Shown: positions 49,025 through 62,226, numbered from the whole stretch's first letter. The stretch: DNA of 63,890 nt, filler included, from Vicugna vicugna (GCA_013265495.1; 76 parts of 75 records of this genome joined end to end with filler, not necessarily neighbours in it), one strand, 5' to 3'. Made by a program: numbers and translations. Notes: a model not told the origin generated them from the letters alone.

Positions 49025-50008
49025 CAGCACGTGGGTTCCAACGGAATGCCTGAGCTGGTCTACAATGAGGTTTTTCCGAATGTCTCTGTGGCAGGGAATG
49101 TTAGGGGAGTATGCAGGAAATCCCAGTGACAGAGGCTGCCTCCCCAAGATCAGGGAAGCTATTTTTCGAACTTCCCCGGACAGGAAACACGTGTGACTGA
49201 AGAGAGATGCGTGGAGTTGTCTCCCGAGCTCCCCCACGCACTGAAAATGTTTCTGGAACCCTGAGCGTGGGGAGGTTCCACCAACGGTCGGCAGCGCGTG
49301 GGTTCTAACGGAACGCCTGAGCTCGTCTCCCATGNNNNNNNNNNNNNNNNNNNNNNNNNNTAGGGGGGTTTGCAGGAAATCCCAGTGACAGTGGCTGCCT
49401 CCCCAAGGTCAGGGAAGTTGTTTCTCGGACTTCCCAGGACAGGGAACACCTGTGACTGAAGAGAGCTGCGTGGAGTTGTCTTTCGAGCTCCCCAAATCAC
49501 TGACAATAGTCCCAGAACCCTGAGCGTGGGGAGGTTCCTCCAACGGTCGGCAGCGCGTGGGTTCCAACGGAATGCCTGAGCTCGTCTCCCCTGAGGGTTT
49601 TCCTAATGTCTCGCTGCCAGGGAAGGCTAGGGTTGTTTGCAGGAAATCCCAGTGACAGAGGCTGCCTTCCCAATTAAGGGAAGCTATTTCTCGGACTTCC
49701 CAGGACAGGGAACACCTGTGCCTGAAGTGAGCTGCGTGGAGTTGTCTCTCGAGCTCCCCCACGCACTGACAACGGTTCCGGAATCCTGAGCGTGGGGAGG
49801 TTCCACCAACGGTCGGCAGCGCGTGTGTTCAAACGGAATGCCAGAGCTGGTCTCCCCTGAGTGTTTTCCTAATGTCTCTGTGCCAGGGAATGCTAGGGGG
49901 GTTTGCATGAAACTCCAGTGACAAATGCTGACCCTAATCCTAACCCTATCCCTAGCCCTAACTCTGCCTCCCCAAGGTCAGGGAAGGTATTTCTCGGAAT
50001 TCCCCGGA
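49025..50008 (-). repeat. 267-bp satellite carrying a telomere-like insertion at 49931-49966
   Basis: Monomer motifs plus six degenerate ACCCTA hexamers. Confidence 0.93.
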
Positions 50009-50399
50009 NNNNNNNNNNNNNNNNNNNNNNNNNNNNNNNNNNNNNNNNNNNNTTAATTAATTAANNNNNNNNNNNNNNNNNNNNNNNNNNNNNNNNNNNN
50101 NNNNNNNNGGAACTTGGCTCCTTGCGGGGCTGGTGGAGGCTGGGTCTCCTCAGAACCTGCCATGGTCTCAGCTTCAGGCCAACACTCAACCAACCAAGTC
50201 CACCCAGACAGGAGCCAGACGTCTCCAAGAATCACCAGGAGGCATCACGGTGGGAGTAAAAGGTGAGGAAAAAGTGGGGGGAGGCCTCCTGTGTGTGATT
50301 GCAACTGAGGAGGTCCGTTTTCAGAGGATCCAGCAGGGGCTTGATGTGGAAAAATTTCAGATTTACTTGATTTTGTGTCTAGTGTTGATGGTGTCTGGT

Positions 50400-50945
50400 G
50401 TCATTTTTGGGGTATGGTGCCCCATGTTCTTGGCACCTTTATGGAGGGGATATGGTGCCCTCTTGGCACCTTTATGGAGGGGACTGTCCTTGTCCCACTT
50501 TGTGTTCTGGGCTCCGTTGCCGTGGACTAACTGGCACCCTAAAGGTGGGTCTATTCCTGTGCTCCCTGTTCTGTCCCTCTGGCCCATGTGCCTGTTTTTG
50601 TGCCAATGTCTTACTGTATCTCTGCTGGGGACGGTGGCTTCCTAACGTCGTGTGAAGCCAGGGAGGGAGACGCCTCCAACTGAGTTCTCCCTTCTCGAGG
50701 TTGCACAGGCTATTCCAGGTTCTTTTTTGTTCTACACAAATGGTAGGATTTCTTGTTTCCTGTTTCTGTGAAAAAAATGCCACTTGAGTTTGGTAGAGTT
50801 TGCAGTTGATGTGTGCAATGTTTTCTAACATGTGCAGGTTTTTCACATTCTTGGTTAATTTTATTCCTAGGTTTTTTTCTTCTCTTGGTGCAATTGTTAA
50901 ATGGGATTGCTATATTAATTTCTCTTTTTGAAACTTCTCTTCTGT
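50400..50945 (-). mobile_element. Degenerate, GC-shifted LINE-1 ORF2 fragment
   Basis: GQRDRTGSTGIDPPLGCQLVHGNGAQNTKWDKDSPLHK aligns to L1 DQWNRIESPEINP...QLIFDKGAKNIQWGKDSLFNK. TTTATTCCTAGG...ATTGTTAAATGGGATTG is also present. Confidence 0.75.
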
Positions 50946-51771
50946 NNNNNNNNNNNNNNNNNNNNNNNNNNNNNNNNNNNNNNNNNNNNTTAATTAATTA
51001 ANNNNNNNNNNNNNNNNNNNNNNNNNNNNNNNNNNNNNNNNNNNNAAAAAAAAAAAAAAAAAAAAAAGGAAAAGAAAAGAAGAAAAAAAAGAGAAAACCC
51101 TCATAATTAAATACTGGACTAATCTATGAATTAGTAAAAGCAATACTCTTCATATAGGCAGTGAGAAATATTTCTCCTTGCATAAGCTTATATCAGAATG
51201 AGTAAGTTACTGATAGTTTATAGTAAAAAATGCTAATCAATATTTAATCATTTATAAAAACAATTCTTAATCTAACACAGGTATGAATTTCTAGGAAAGA
51301 TTAAAAAAAAAAGTAAAAGGAACGTGGTGATCACAAGTCCTGCCCGTTTACCAGGAAGATTTCCTCTAGCACTTCTGGCCTTAGAGGCACTGCCTGACCA
51401 CGGGCATGGTTAATGGCCGTGGTTCCCCGACCCTGCCAAGGTAGCATGATCATTTGTTTTCCGCATAAGGATTTGGGAGGATGGCCCCACAAGGTTTTAG
51501 TATCTCTTTTCATCAGTGGAATTGACCTTCCCAATAAGAGGTGGAAGCCATATAAAATGAGATGCTCCTATGGTGCTTTAGGCATTTAACCTATAAAGTA
51601 AATAACTGAACATTAAGGGATAACATAGCTTTTAATGGCTTAAAATATTTGGTTCTGGAGGCCCCAGTGAANNNNNNNNNNNNNNNNNNNNNNNNNNNNN
51701 NNNNNNNNNNNNNNNTTAATTAATTAANNNNNNNNNNNNNNNNNNNNNNNNNNNNNNNNNNNNNNNNNNNN

Positions 51772-51882
51772 ACGTGTCCATACGTAATTTTTTCCTCACA
51801 GTAATCTGCTTTAGTCTGTTTAATTTGCAGGTTCCCAGTTGCTGAATGTAAGACGGTAAAGGAAATACTCTCCTTCTCGACA
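51772..51882 (+). mobile_element. Probable ERV1-type LTR 3' end (U5)
   Basis: GTTTAATTTGCAGGTTCCCAG...GAATGTAAGACGGTAAAGGAAA...CTCCTTCTCGACA ending in CA. Confidence 0.45.
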
Positions 51883-52099
51883 GTTTCCAGGAGCTGAGAT
51901 TTTAGTAACTCCTTAGACCCTTTATTCCCTTTCCTGTCTTTTCAGTGGGCTTACTTGGCAAAACTCCCAGCTGCACAACAGACTGATTCTCATTCTTCCC
52001 CCTTACGTCCCCCCAGGCGTCTAAGTGCTGCTGAAGAAAGTCACGCACTGCCCAGCAGTCCTACTTCTTTTACTTAGTTGATTTGCACCTTCTTCCTTC

Positions 52100-52380
52100 T
52101 CAGCGATGTTTTCAAATCCCCTCTCTGTAAACACCTCACTGTTGCTTCCACTTGAACCAGACAGTCTTACTTCTGACGACAAACTTCCTGAGAGATCTGC
52201 CTGCTTCCCCACCAGCAGTCTGTCCCCACCCACCCTGGTGTGTCTTCCCCTTCCTCCATTCCCACGCAGCGAGTCACTGGTGACTCCCACGTCTAAACCA
52301 AAGTGACACCTTTCCGGCCCTTGTCTAACTGGCCTTCTCATGCCTCCGGGTGTTCCATGTGACCGACCTCTGGAACCGAC
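52100..52380 (+). mobile_element. Possible ancient L2 ORF2 fragment
   Basis: AAACTTCCTGAGAGA and GTCACTGGTGACTCCCACGTCTAAACCAAAGTGACAC...CTAACTGGCCTTCTCA resemble the L2 RT motif region. Confidence 0.45.
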
Positions 52381-53054
52381 CGCTGCCTGCAGCAAGATGA
52401 CGTTGAAGGTGAGGGCCGCAGCNNNNNNNNNNNNNNNNNNNNNNNNNNNNNNNNNNNNNNNNNNNNTTAATTAATTAANNNNNNNNNNNNNNNNNNNNNN
52501 NNNNNNNNNNNNNNNNNNNNNNCTCGGTGAATGAAAGGTCATTTTGTGGCATCTTCAGTCAGCTATGTTTTGTGCCCTGGTGCCTGATTTCAGTTTTGTC
52601 TTTGCTTTTGTTGTGTTTAGTGACCAGGTTCCATTAAGGGTGCAGCTGCTGTCCCTGGTGTAGAAACTATGTTCGTTTATTCTGCTTATTATCAAAAGGA
52701 CTTTAAGCCAATGACCTGTTATTCAAAAATGAGTCATAATTGTAAATATGTATTATTGGGGCTATTATCAGCATTAATAATAACAACAACATTCTGAGGG
52801 CAGCATATCATTTGGTATTTTAACACACACGTAAAAAGCCTTGGAAAAAAGTTATTGTTCTAGTTAAGTCAAATAAAGGTCATTGAAAGAGTTAAAGGAA
52901 AAGTTTTACGCTTTTGGGAGAAATTGATAGGACTTTAAGAACTTTATAGTCTCANNNNNNNNNNNNNNNNNNNNNNNNNNNNNNNNNNNNNNNNNNNNTT
53001 AATTAATTAANNNNNNNNNNNNNNNNNNNNNNNNNNNNNNNNNNNNNNNNNNNN

Positions 53055-53560
53055 CTCCTCTTCTTCTGGGGTCCCTATAATTTGAATGTTGGTATGCACA
53101 ATGTCCTAGAGGTCCCTTAAACTATTCTCCATTTTAAAAATTTGTTGGTTGTTTTGTTTTGTTTTTGCTGTTGTGATAGGGTGGTTTCCATTACTGTGCC
53201 TCCCACATCACTGACACGTTCTCCCGTGTCACCTAATCTGCGGTTAATTCCCTCCACGGTATTTTTCATTTCAGTTATTTTATTCTTTAGCTCTGTTGGG
53301 TCTCTTTTTCCATTTCCCAGTTCCTTCTTAAAGTTCTCACTGTGTTCATTTATTCTTTCCCAAGTTCAGTTAGCATTCTCTTACCTTTGCTTTGAACTCT
53401 TTATCAGGTAAACTATTTATCTGGGTCATTAGGATTTTTTTTTCAGGGTGTATGCTTGTTATTTCTTTTGAAAAATATTCTCCTCTTCTCATTTTGTTTA
53501 CCTTTCTCTGTCTCTCTGAATTTAGGAGAAACAGTTACCTGCTCTGGTCTTGCAGGCGTG
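53055..53560 (-). mobile_element. Old LINE-1 ORF1/5' region
   Basis: CTCCTCTTCTTCTGGGGTCCCTATAATTTGAATGTTGG, TATTTTTCATTTCAGTTATTTTATTCTTTAGCTC and TTTGAACTCTTTATCAGGTAAA. Confidence 0.7.
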
Positions 53561-55034
53561 CCTTGTGTGGGAACATCCCTGTGCAACTGCGTGTGCTCAG
53601 GGCAGGGNNNNNNNNNNNNNNNNNNNNNNNNNNNNNNNNNNNNNNNNNNNNNNNNNNNNNNNNNNNNNNNNNNNNNNNNNNNNNNNNNNNNNNNNNNNNN
53701 NNNNNNNNNNNNNNNNNNNNNNNNNNNNNNNNNNNNNNNNNNNNNNNNNNNNNNNNNNNNNNNNNNNNNNNNNNNNNNNNNNNNNNNNNNNNNNNNNNNN
53801 NNNNNNNNNNNNNNNNNNNNNNNNNNNNNNNNNNNNNNNNNGGGGTGTGTGCTCTGGGCTTGAGGCCTGGGGGCTGCACTTCTGTGCTGGTGTCACTGTG
53901 TCCCCGGTGTGCTNNNNNNNNNNNNNNNNNNNNNNNNNNNNNNNNNNNNNNNNNNNNTTAATTAATTAANNNNNNNNNNNNNNNNNNNNNNNNNNNNNNN
54001 NNNNNNNNNNNNNTCTGCTGAAACACCCGCACTCTCAGGACATTGATCCATTGGTTTCTTGGGGGCTGAAATTCCAGAAATGAAACCAAACCCAATGTGC
54101 ACTTTACTGTCGGTCTCTTTTGCTCTTAGTACACTTTGGCAGAGCTACTTGCCTTTGTTAAAGACTTCTTACAATTCTTCTCTACGTAGCGTAGTATATG
54201 GCATTCCTTCATCCTGTTGGAAGACATACAAGTCTACATCACGGATTACGAATACATTTGATTCCAAATCGGCATTAGGGTTAGGTCACGATATGCTCTT
54301 ATGAATCAAAATTTACGAATATGAATGCACGCCTCTGAAGAATACAAGTGAGTACATGCAAGCCCCGATACTGGGTCGATGCATGCTGAATGATCCTTGA
54401 CATCACCTTAAGAATTTTCTTTTGAATAGTCATTTTTCCCGTGGTAAATGTCAGCCAACCGTACCATTTTGGTGCTTGTTTTTAGGTTTGATTCTTTGTT
54501 GGTCGGCTTCTCGCTTTTTCGCAAACAAGTCAGGCCATGCATCTCTCCTTTTTCTTCAAACAGAGAGTCAAATAAGCTGATTCACTTAAGAGAGTGCTTC
54601 CAATCACCTATGATTTCCTGCTTCCCTCTCCCATCTTTAGGGTTTTGATGTCCTCCTTAACTTCTTCTTCTTTCTTCTCTGCCACACATGCTCTTCTTGC
54701 ATTTCCAATAATGGTTTCTTCTTTCCATTCCATCTTGCTGCTTTTCTATTCAGGGGANNNNNNNNNNNNNNNNNNNNNNNNNNNNNNNNNNNNNNNNNNN
54801 NNNNNNNNNNNNNNNNNNNNNNNAATGTCTGTGGAATTCACTAGTTCTGCAGTTATTAGAAATGGCGTTCATTTGGCATAGGCTACCCAAGGTGGCAGCA
54901 TTTGGCCATTCAGGTTATGGTATGTGTCCTGACANNNNNNNNNNNNNNNNNNNNNNNNNNNNNNNNNNNNNNNNNNNNTTAATTAATTAANNNNNNNNNN
55001 NNNNNNNNNNNNNNNNNNNNNNNNNNNNNNNNNN

Positions 55035-56008
55035 GGAAGTCCGAGAAATACCTTCCCTGACCTTGGGGAGTCTGCCTGTGTCACTGGGAATCCCTGCAAA
55101 ACCCCCTAGCGTACCCTGGCAGAGAGACATTAGGAAAACACTCAGGCGATACGAGCTTAGGCATTCCGTTGAACCTACTCGCTGACGACCGTTGGTGGAA
55201 CCTCCCCACGCTCAGGATTCCGGAACAATTATCAGTGCGTGGGGGAGCTCGAGAGACAACTCCACGCAGCTCTCTTCAGTCACAGGTGTTCCCTGTTCGG
55301 GGAAAGGAAGACCGAGAAATACCTTCCCTGACCTTGGGGAGGCTGCCTCTGTCACTGGGATTTCCTGCAAACACCCCAAGCATTCCCTGGCAGGGAGATA
55401 TTGGAAAACCATCCGGGGTGTCGTATTAGGCATTCCGTTTGAACCCACGCCCTGCCGACCGTTGGTGGATCCTCCCTACGCTCAGTATTCCGGAACCAAA
55501 ATCAGTGCGTGGGAGAGCTCGAGAGACAATTCCACGCAGCTCTCTTCAGTCATAGGTGTTCCTTGTTCGGGGAAGTCCGAGAAATAACTTCCCTGACCTT
55601 GGGGAGGCAGCCTCTGTCACTGGGATTTCCTTCAAACCCCCTAGCATTTCCTGGAACAGAGACATTAGAAAACCCTAAGGGGAGACGAGCTTAGGCATTC
55701 CGTTAAAACCAATGCGCTGCCAACCGTTGGTGGAACCTCCCCACGCTCAGGATCCGGAACCATTGTCAGTGCGTGGGGGAGCTCGAGAGACAACTCCACG
55801 CAGCTCTCTTCAGTCACAGGTGTTCCCTGTTCGGGGAAATCCGAGAAATACATTCCCTGACTTTAGGGAGGCAGCCACTGTCCTGGGATATCTTGCAAAC
55901 CCCTCTAGAATACGCGGGCTCAGAGACATTAATAAATACCTCAGGGGAGGCGAGCTTGGGCACTCCGTTGGAACCCACGCCCTAACGACCGTTGGTGGAA
56001 CCTCCCCA
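55035..56008 (+). repeat. 267-bp satellite
   Basis: About 3.6 tandem monomers. Confidence 0.95.
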
Positions 56009-59000
56009 NNNNNNNNNNNNNNNNNNNNNNNNNNNNNNNNNNNNNNNNNNNNTTAATTAATTAANNNNNNNNNNNNNNNNNNNNNNNNNNNNNNNNNNNN
56101 NNNNNNNNCCAGCTTTTTGGCCAGCTTCTCCTGGTGTCTCCCATAAAGTCGACTCCACCCTGACTGAGCAAGTCTGAAAGAACCTCACAGCCTCACCAGT
56201 AAGCTGATGACAGGCAGATCTTCCACTGTCTGCCCTTTCAGGTTCTGGAAACTGACCCGTGAACTCAGGTCTTTGGGCAGCAGCAGTATCTCGAACTTAC
56301 ACAGTTTCCCGGTCCAAAGACCTAAGTCAAGCTCCACACAGGTTTCCAGCCCCTCCATCACACTGATCCACCCACAGATCTCTGCCCGTTTACCTAGGAT
56401 CCACCATTCACAACAAGCCTTGTGTTACACACCAACATTCCACCTGGAAATCAACCAGTAATTGCCATCCCCAATGGTTGCTGCATCTTGTCATTGTTGG
56501 TGGAAGGGCTGCATCCAACGAGTGGTTCCTAAGGTAAACGTGAATCTCCCCACTAGCATCCCATGGGCCTTTTTTCTTCCCTCATTCCTTTTGTTCAATA
56601 TTCACAGCACAAACGGAGGGAAGTGTGTCCATTTTTAGTTGATGTTTTCACATGCCTTTAAACTTTCTAACAATTCACAGTACACAGAGACTCACTAAAG
56701 GAAACTTATTTTCCTATGATATCCATACACCCAGAATGCATATCTATCATTTGATTTCTGCTGAAACTTCCGCACTTTCAGGACATGGAACCATTTGTTT
56801 CATGGGGTCTGAAANNNNNNNNNNNNNNNNNNNNNNNNNNNNNNNNNNNNNNNNNNNNTTAATTAATTAANNNNNNNNNNNNNNNNNNNNNNNNNNNNNN
56901 NNNNNNNNNNNNNNAGTCTCTTTGTCCGCAAGGTCCTGGGAGGCTGCTGAGGTGAGCTCAGGGGACAGGGACGTCGCGGGGAGCGGACTACCTCGGGTGA
57001 GCCGATAAGTTTGCTCCCATCTCCACAAGGGCCTGGCCTGGCCTGGGGGCGGCCTCTCCTGCACCAGGTTCACAGCATGCATGTTTCCAGGTCAGCCTGC
57101 GCCCGGGAGGCGGGCGCGGTACGGACAGGGGCTGCAGTGACAAGGCGAGGCTGGGCTGATATTGGTTCTCAACTCCTTCTTGGCCGGTCCTAGGGTTGGT
57201 CTCTGCTACCCTAGGTACACGAGGAGCACATCTCTGTGTTTTTCGGCTCCCAGGAGGCGGTTGCGAATTGGTCTGGGTGTGGGACAGGGACGTGGCGGTG
57301 GCGGACATAGAGAGGGCGGAAGCGGGAGGCACGGGCTGCCCAGGAAACACTGTGTATTTCCAACCAGTTNNNNNNNNNNNNNNNNNNNNNNNNNNNNNNN
57401 NNNNNNNNNNNNNTTAATTAATTAANNNNNNNNNNNNNNNNNNNNNNNNNNNNNNNNNNNNNNNNNNNNCTCACCCTGCCTGTCAGAGCTCAAGCCCTCA
57501 CAACTGTCTGCAGGAGAGCAAGTGGAAGCAGCTCTCATCACCGTTGGCATCACCCTCTGAGTGGCAGTGACAACAGTGACTGTGTGTGGACGTGCAAATT
57601 GTTGTTCCAAGAGCTTTACATACATTTCTGCATTTAATACTGCATTTAATAATTAAAGCCCTCCTGTGAGGAAGCATTTTATGTTTTTATGAATAATACA
57701 TTTTATTTTGATATTGATAGACTTCAAATCTCCGGAAAATTTACAGTAGTACAATAAACTCTTAGATACATTTCACCTTAAAGGGGACTATTTGCCCTTT
57801 TGTGTCTGGTTATTTTAGCATAAAGTTTCAAGGTTCATCCATATCGTAGCCTGAATCAGTACTTTCTTCTTTTTTTTGATAATATCCTTTTCCTTTTTTT
57901 TCGTTTTTGGTCAATTTAANNNNNNNNNNNNNNNNNNNNNNNNNNNNNNNNNNNNNNNNNNNNTTAATTAATTAANNNNNNNNNNNNNNNNNNNNNNNNN
58001 NNNNNNNNNNNNNNNNNNNGACTGTTGACTAGTTTAATTCCAGGAAGTGGCTGTCTGAAGCTAACAATTTCCTGATTTCTTCCTTTTTTTGCAGACATAT
58101 TACATTGTATAAAAACCCCAGTGTTTTATTTGTATCAGCAATTTAATTTTTATCTTTTCTAGTAGTTTTTACATTATTATAAAAATAAAAAAAACATTAA
58201 TTACTGTATCAAAATAATTGCAAAAACATTGTGAAGAGAAAAACTGATGGCAATATTGCCAAATATGAATGTTTCCAAGAGGGGAACCAAAGCTTAAAAT
58301 GTTCATTCTTTAGCTGATACACAGATGTAAAATATTGAAGTGATAAAGTAATTTAGAATTGTTGTATAATGAATATGGAAATCTTACAAAAGTTGACATA
58401 AAAAATTTTGTGTTTTCCTACAATATGCCAATTACTTTTCATGCTTGTCACCTTTCCCATATTACAGAACTCTTTATAATAAATAAGTAGATTCAAGAGT
58501 ATGCACATAGACCCAGTGTTGAGGATGTCTGAAAGGCAAATTTGAACAGTCAATGGAATTTGTCTTACTACATACCTCTACTTTGAGTCAGATTTTCCTA
58601 CTGTTTTCATCCTGTCTATTACATTTTCCTTATTTTCCTCCATTCTGATGACATTTAAGATCATTTAAAAATCAAAATGGAGTGACTATAGTTCAGGCAT
58701 CCAGTATGGAGCCAGGTGGCCATTATGCACGTGGTTTCAGACATTTCTGTTATCACTGAGAACTCCGGTTTCCTCTGAACTGTATCAAACTCAAGATACC
58801 ACCAGCTGTTTTCAAAANNNNNNNNNNNNNNNNNNNNNNNNNNNNNNNNNNNNNNNNNNNNTTAATTAATTAANNNNNNNNNNNNNNNNNNNNNNNNNNN
58901 NNNNNNNNNNNNNNNNNTCCACTGGATCACTCCAGCACTGACTGTCACCATTTCTGACCATCAGAGAGTCACTTGGTTTGACTGAGGTTACTTTTCTGTT

Positions 59001-59099
59001 CTGTGAAAGGCTACATTTGCAACTAACAATGTATAGAATCTCATCATTCACAAGCCCAAAATTTAGTGAGGACTTCCCATGGGCCAGGCTCTGGACAGA

Positions 59100-59460
59100 T
59101 GAAAAGATAGGGTCTCAGATATATTCATGGGTAGAAGAAGTTTACTCCATAAAGGCATTAATTCTTCCTGTTTTGATAGACAGATTCAATGCAATTCTGT
59201 TTAGAATTCCTACCAGATTTTTCATGAAATATAACAAGTTAATTTATGGTCAGGAACAGCCAAGAAACTTCTTTAGAACCACCACTGGGGAAGGGTGGAT
59301 AGGTCATTGATTTCCACTGTTCTTTCTGAAGTGATGAAAACGTTCTGGAATAATAATTGTTGAACCACTGTGAATATGCTAAAAGCTGCTGAATTGTACC
59401 ATTTAAATGGATGGACTTCATAGTGTGTGAACAATATCACAATAAAACTCTTATATGAAA
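59100..59460 (+). mobile_element. Ancient L1M ORF2/3' fragments
   Basis: YSWVEEVYSIKALILPVLIDRFNAILFRIPTRFF resembles L1 [30 protein letters not shown]. An L1M-like 3' end follows (GAAAACGTTCTGGAA...CTGAATTGTAC). Confidence 0.7.
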
Positions 59461-59610
59461 AAAATATTTCTTGACAATTATTTTCCCCTGTATACAACTA
59501 GTCTGCCGCANNNNNNNNNNNNNNNNNNNNNNNNNNNNNNNNNNNNNNNNNNNNTTAATTAATTAANNNNNNNNNNNNNNNNNNNNNNNNNNNNNNNNNN
59601 NNNNNNNNNN

Positions 59611-60051
59611 TTGTGTTCTTCATTTTATATTCAACATTCTATATTCTGCATTCCGAATTCTATATTCTTTATACTGTGTTCTACTTTCCATATTCTAATT
59701 TCTATATGCACTATTCTGTATTCTATTTTCTAATTACTTTGTTCTGCAATCCTTGTTCTAAATTCTGTTTTCTGTATTATTTTTTCCATATTTTATATTC
59801 TTTTTTCTACATTCTATTTTCTGTATTCTATATTCTGCATTCCGTTTTCTATATTCAAAATTCTGTGTTCTACATTCTATATTCTAAATTATTCTATATT
59901 CAGTACTATGTATTCTATATTTTAAATTCTGTGTTCGGCATTCAATATTCCGAATTCTGCATTCTAAATTCTCTATTCTACATTCTATATTCTGTGTACT
60001 ACATTATATATTCTAAATTCTTTATTCAGTATTCTGTATTCTATATTCTAA
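59611..60051 (+). repeat. Heptamer satellite
   Basis: 7-bp periodicity. Confidence 0.92.
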
Positions 60052-61875
60052 NNNNNNNNNNNNNNNNNNNNNNNNNNNNNNNNNNNNNNNNNNNNTTAAT
60101 TAATTAANNNNNNNNNNNNNNNNNNNNNNNNNNNNNNNNNNNNNNNNNNNNCTTGGTATCGAGGTGGCAAGGCAAGGTCCTAGTGGGTGATCGTTTTCAC
60201 GTATCTTAAAAATCATTGCTTCATATATTTTACCCAATTTGTGGTTTATTTTAGGGTGGTAAATATGGTCAGTGTTACTCCATATTACCTAGATTAATTA
60301 ATTTTTTTATTGTTAATTTTCTCTTCAGTGATTTGGAAGCTATATTGCCTCTTAATGAAAATTCTCTCTAAATCTTTATAAATCATCTCTAAGTTCATAA
60401 CTTTATATGCAATTGGACCAGTATTCCTATAAGAGTCTCAAAAATGAAATAATCTATTAGATCCTGTTCCTCAATAATGATAAATTTAGCATATACATAT
60501 TTTACCTCTCTGTTGTTCTAAATTGTATGTGTGTGTGTGTGTATGTGTGCTCCAGTTACTACTTTTTAGACAGTTGCTTTAAGTTTGTTACATTAACAAA
60601 GAAAATATAGGTATATACATCTTGGATTTCATTGCTCACTACAACTATTTAATCCCATGTCTTTCCCACTTTTGAATTATTTACTTATTGGGATTTCCCA
60701 ATCAACTGGACACATGATTGACTAATTTTTTTCGAGCGGTGGATTTGGAACACTTATATATCTATATGCAGATTTATGTTCTCCTCATCAACAACTCTCA
60801 GCGTGTTGTTGATGGCCCAAGCCTTGTTTTAAATTAAGGCATTGTTTTTCATCACCAAACAAAATTATTAATTTAAGGTGCTGTCTTTTTATGGTTGGCT
60901 ATTCTTTTATGGTGAATGGATATTAATACAGATTTCCTTAACCTTCCNNNNNNNNNNNNNNNNNNNNNNNNNNNNNNNNNNNNNNNNNNNNTTAATTAAT
61001 TAANNNNNNNNNNNNNNNNNNNNNNNNNNNNNNNNNNNNNNNNNNNNAGGAGGGGAAAAGTGGAGGGAGACAGATGGACAGGAAGAGCGGAGGGAAGAGA
61101 GGGATCTGGATAGGGGAGGGTCTTAGCGAGGAGAAAAAGCTTTACCTCTGGGGGCACCCCAAAGGAGGCAGCAATACTGCCTCTGTACCCTTCTGTAACC
61201 CTTCAAGACCCGCAGCTGAAGTTTTACCTCGCTGGTCCAGCCCTCCACCCGATGCCCCCACGCGGAGCTTGGTTTTCTGTTGCTCTGGGAACCAAGCATC
61301 CGCAGGTGTTGTCGCTCAGAACTAACTTGGGAAGAGTACATATTCCCCTTTTACACGCTGGGAAACAAGCAGGCACGATTTCTGCCTTAGTCCCACTGTC
61401 CCAGCTGTCGGGCTGGAGGGGAGCGGGGTGGTACAAGATCAGCGCCCCAGACAGAGCAGACTGCCTGAGTGTTGGTGCACTCCTAGGTAAACCACACCCC
61501 ACACTTGTAGAACCATCAAGGGCTAACAGTAGGTCCCTGGGTGTAGGAGAGGTGTCCTCATGTGAAGGAAAAGCCCAGCTAGGCTAACAAGATAAGTCAC
61601 AAATCTAAGTGTGATAAGTGTCGGTTTACTGCTCTAAGTTTTGCCAGGCTAAATCTTAAGTTTAGTGTCAGTTTACCTGGCTAACAAGCTAACTCGTAAA
61701 TCCAAGCTCAACATGTGTCAGGAACGTGAACTATTACAAGTTGATAAGCTCCAGTGTACTGATTCCTTGCTTTTTNNNNNNNNNNNNNNNNNNNNNNNNN
61801 NNNNNNNNNNNNNNNNNNNTTAATTAATTAANNNNNNNNNNNNNNNNNNNNNNNNNNNNNNNNNNNNNNNNNNNN

Positions 61876-62226
61876 CAGGAAGCAGTCCACCCCAACCAGC
61901 TGATGGAAAAAGAAAAGCTGTGTGAGGCAGGCTGCATTGGGAACTGTGTGCTTGTGGGACAAGAGACGAGCCAACATGGAGGGAACGGTGACAGTGATGC
62001 ACCCAATGTCCAGCACTGATAGGTTCCCCAGGAAGAAGTACATGGGGGTGTGGAGTTTGGGTTCCACCAAGATGGCTGCCAGGATGCTGAGGTTGCCCCC
62101 AACTGTGACCAGGTAGGCAAGGAGAAAGAGAACAAAGACAGCTGGCCTCAGCTCTGGTGTCTCCACCAAGCCCAGCAGGACGAACTCAGTAACAGCTGTT
62201 CCATTGGCCCCAGGTTCTGGCTGCAT
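61876..62226 (-). CDS. OR3A1: Olfactory receptor, OR3A subfamily (OR3A1-like), 5' part through TM3, truncated by contig end
   Basis: [20 protein letters not shown]...[33 protein letters not shown]...CLTQLFFFH contains the GN and LHTPMYFFL motifs and the N-glycosylation site NGT. An acceptor TTCCTTGCAG lies 6 nt before the ATG. Exact orthology within OR3A is uncertain. Confidence 0.92.

Noticed and set aside
54275..54285. TTAGGGTTAGG as an interstitial telomere
   Set aside because: Fewer than two units, expected by chance.
58477..58540. Possible minus-strand terminal exon after TTGCCTTTCAG
   Set aside because: Short peptide with no recognisable homology, so it cannot be supported.
60786..60814. 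Perfect 10-bp stem hairpin CATCAACAAC-N9-GTTGTTGATG
   Set aside because: Too short for a pre-miRNA or MITE, no other support, and plausible by chance.
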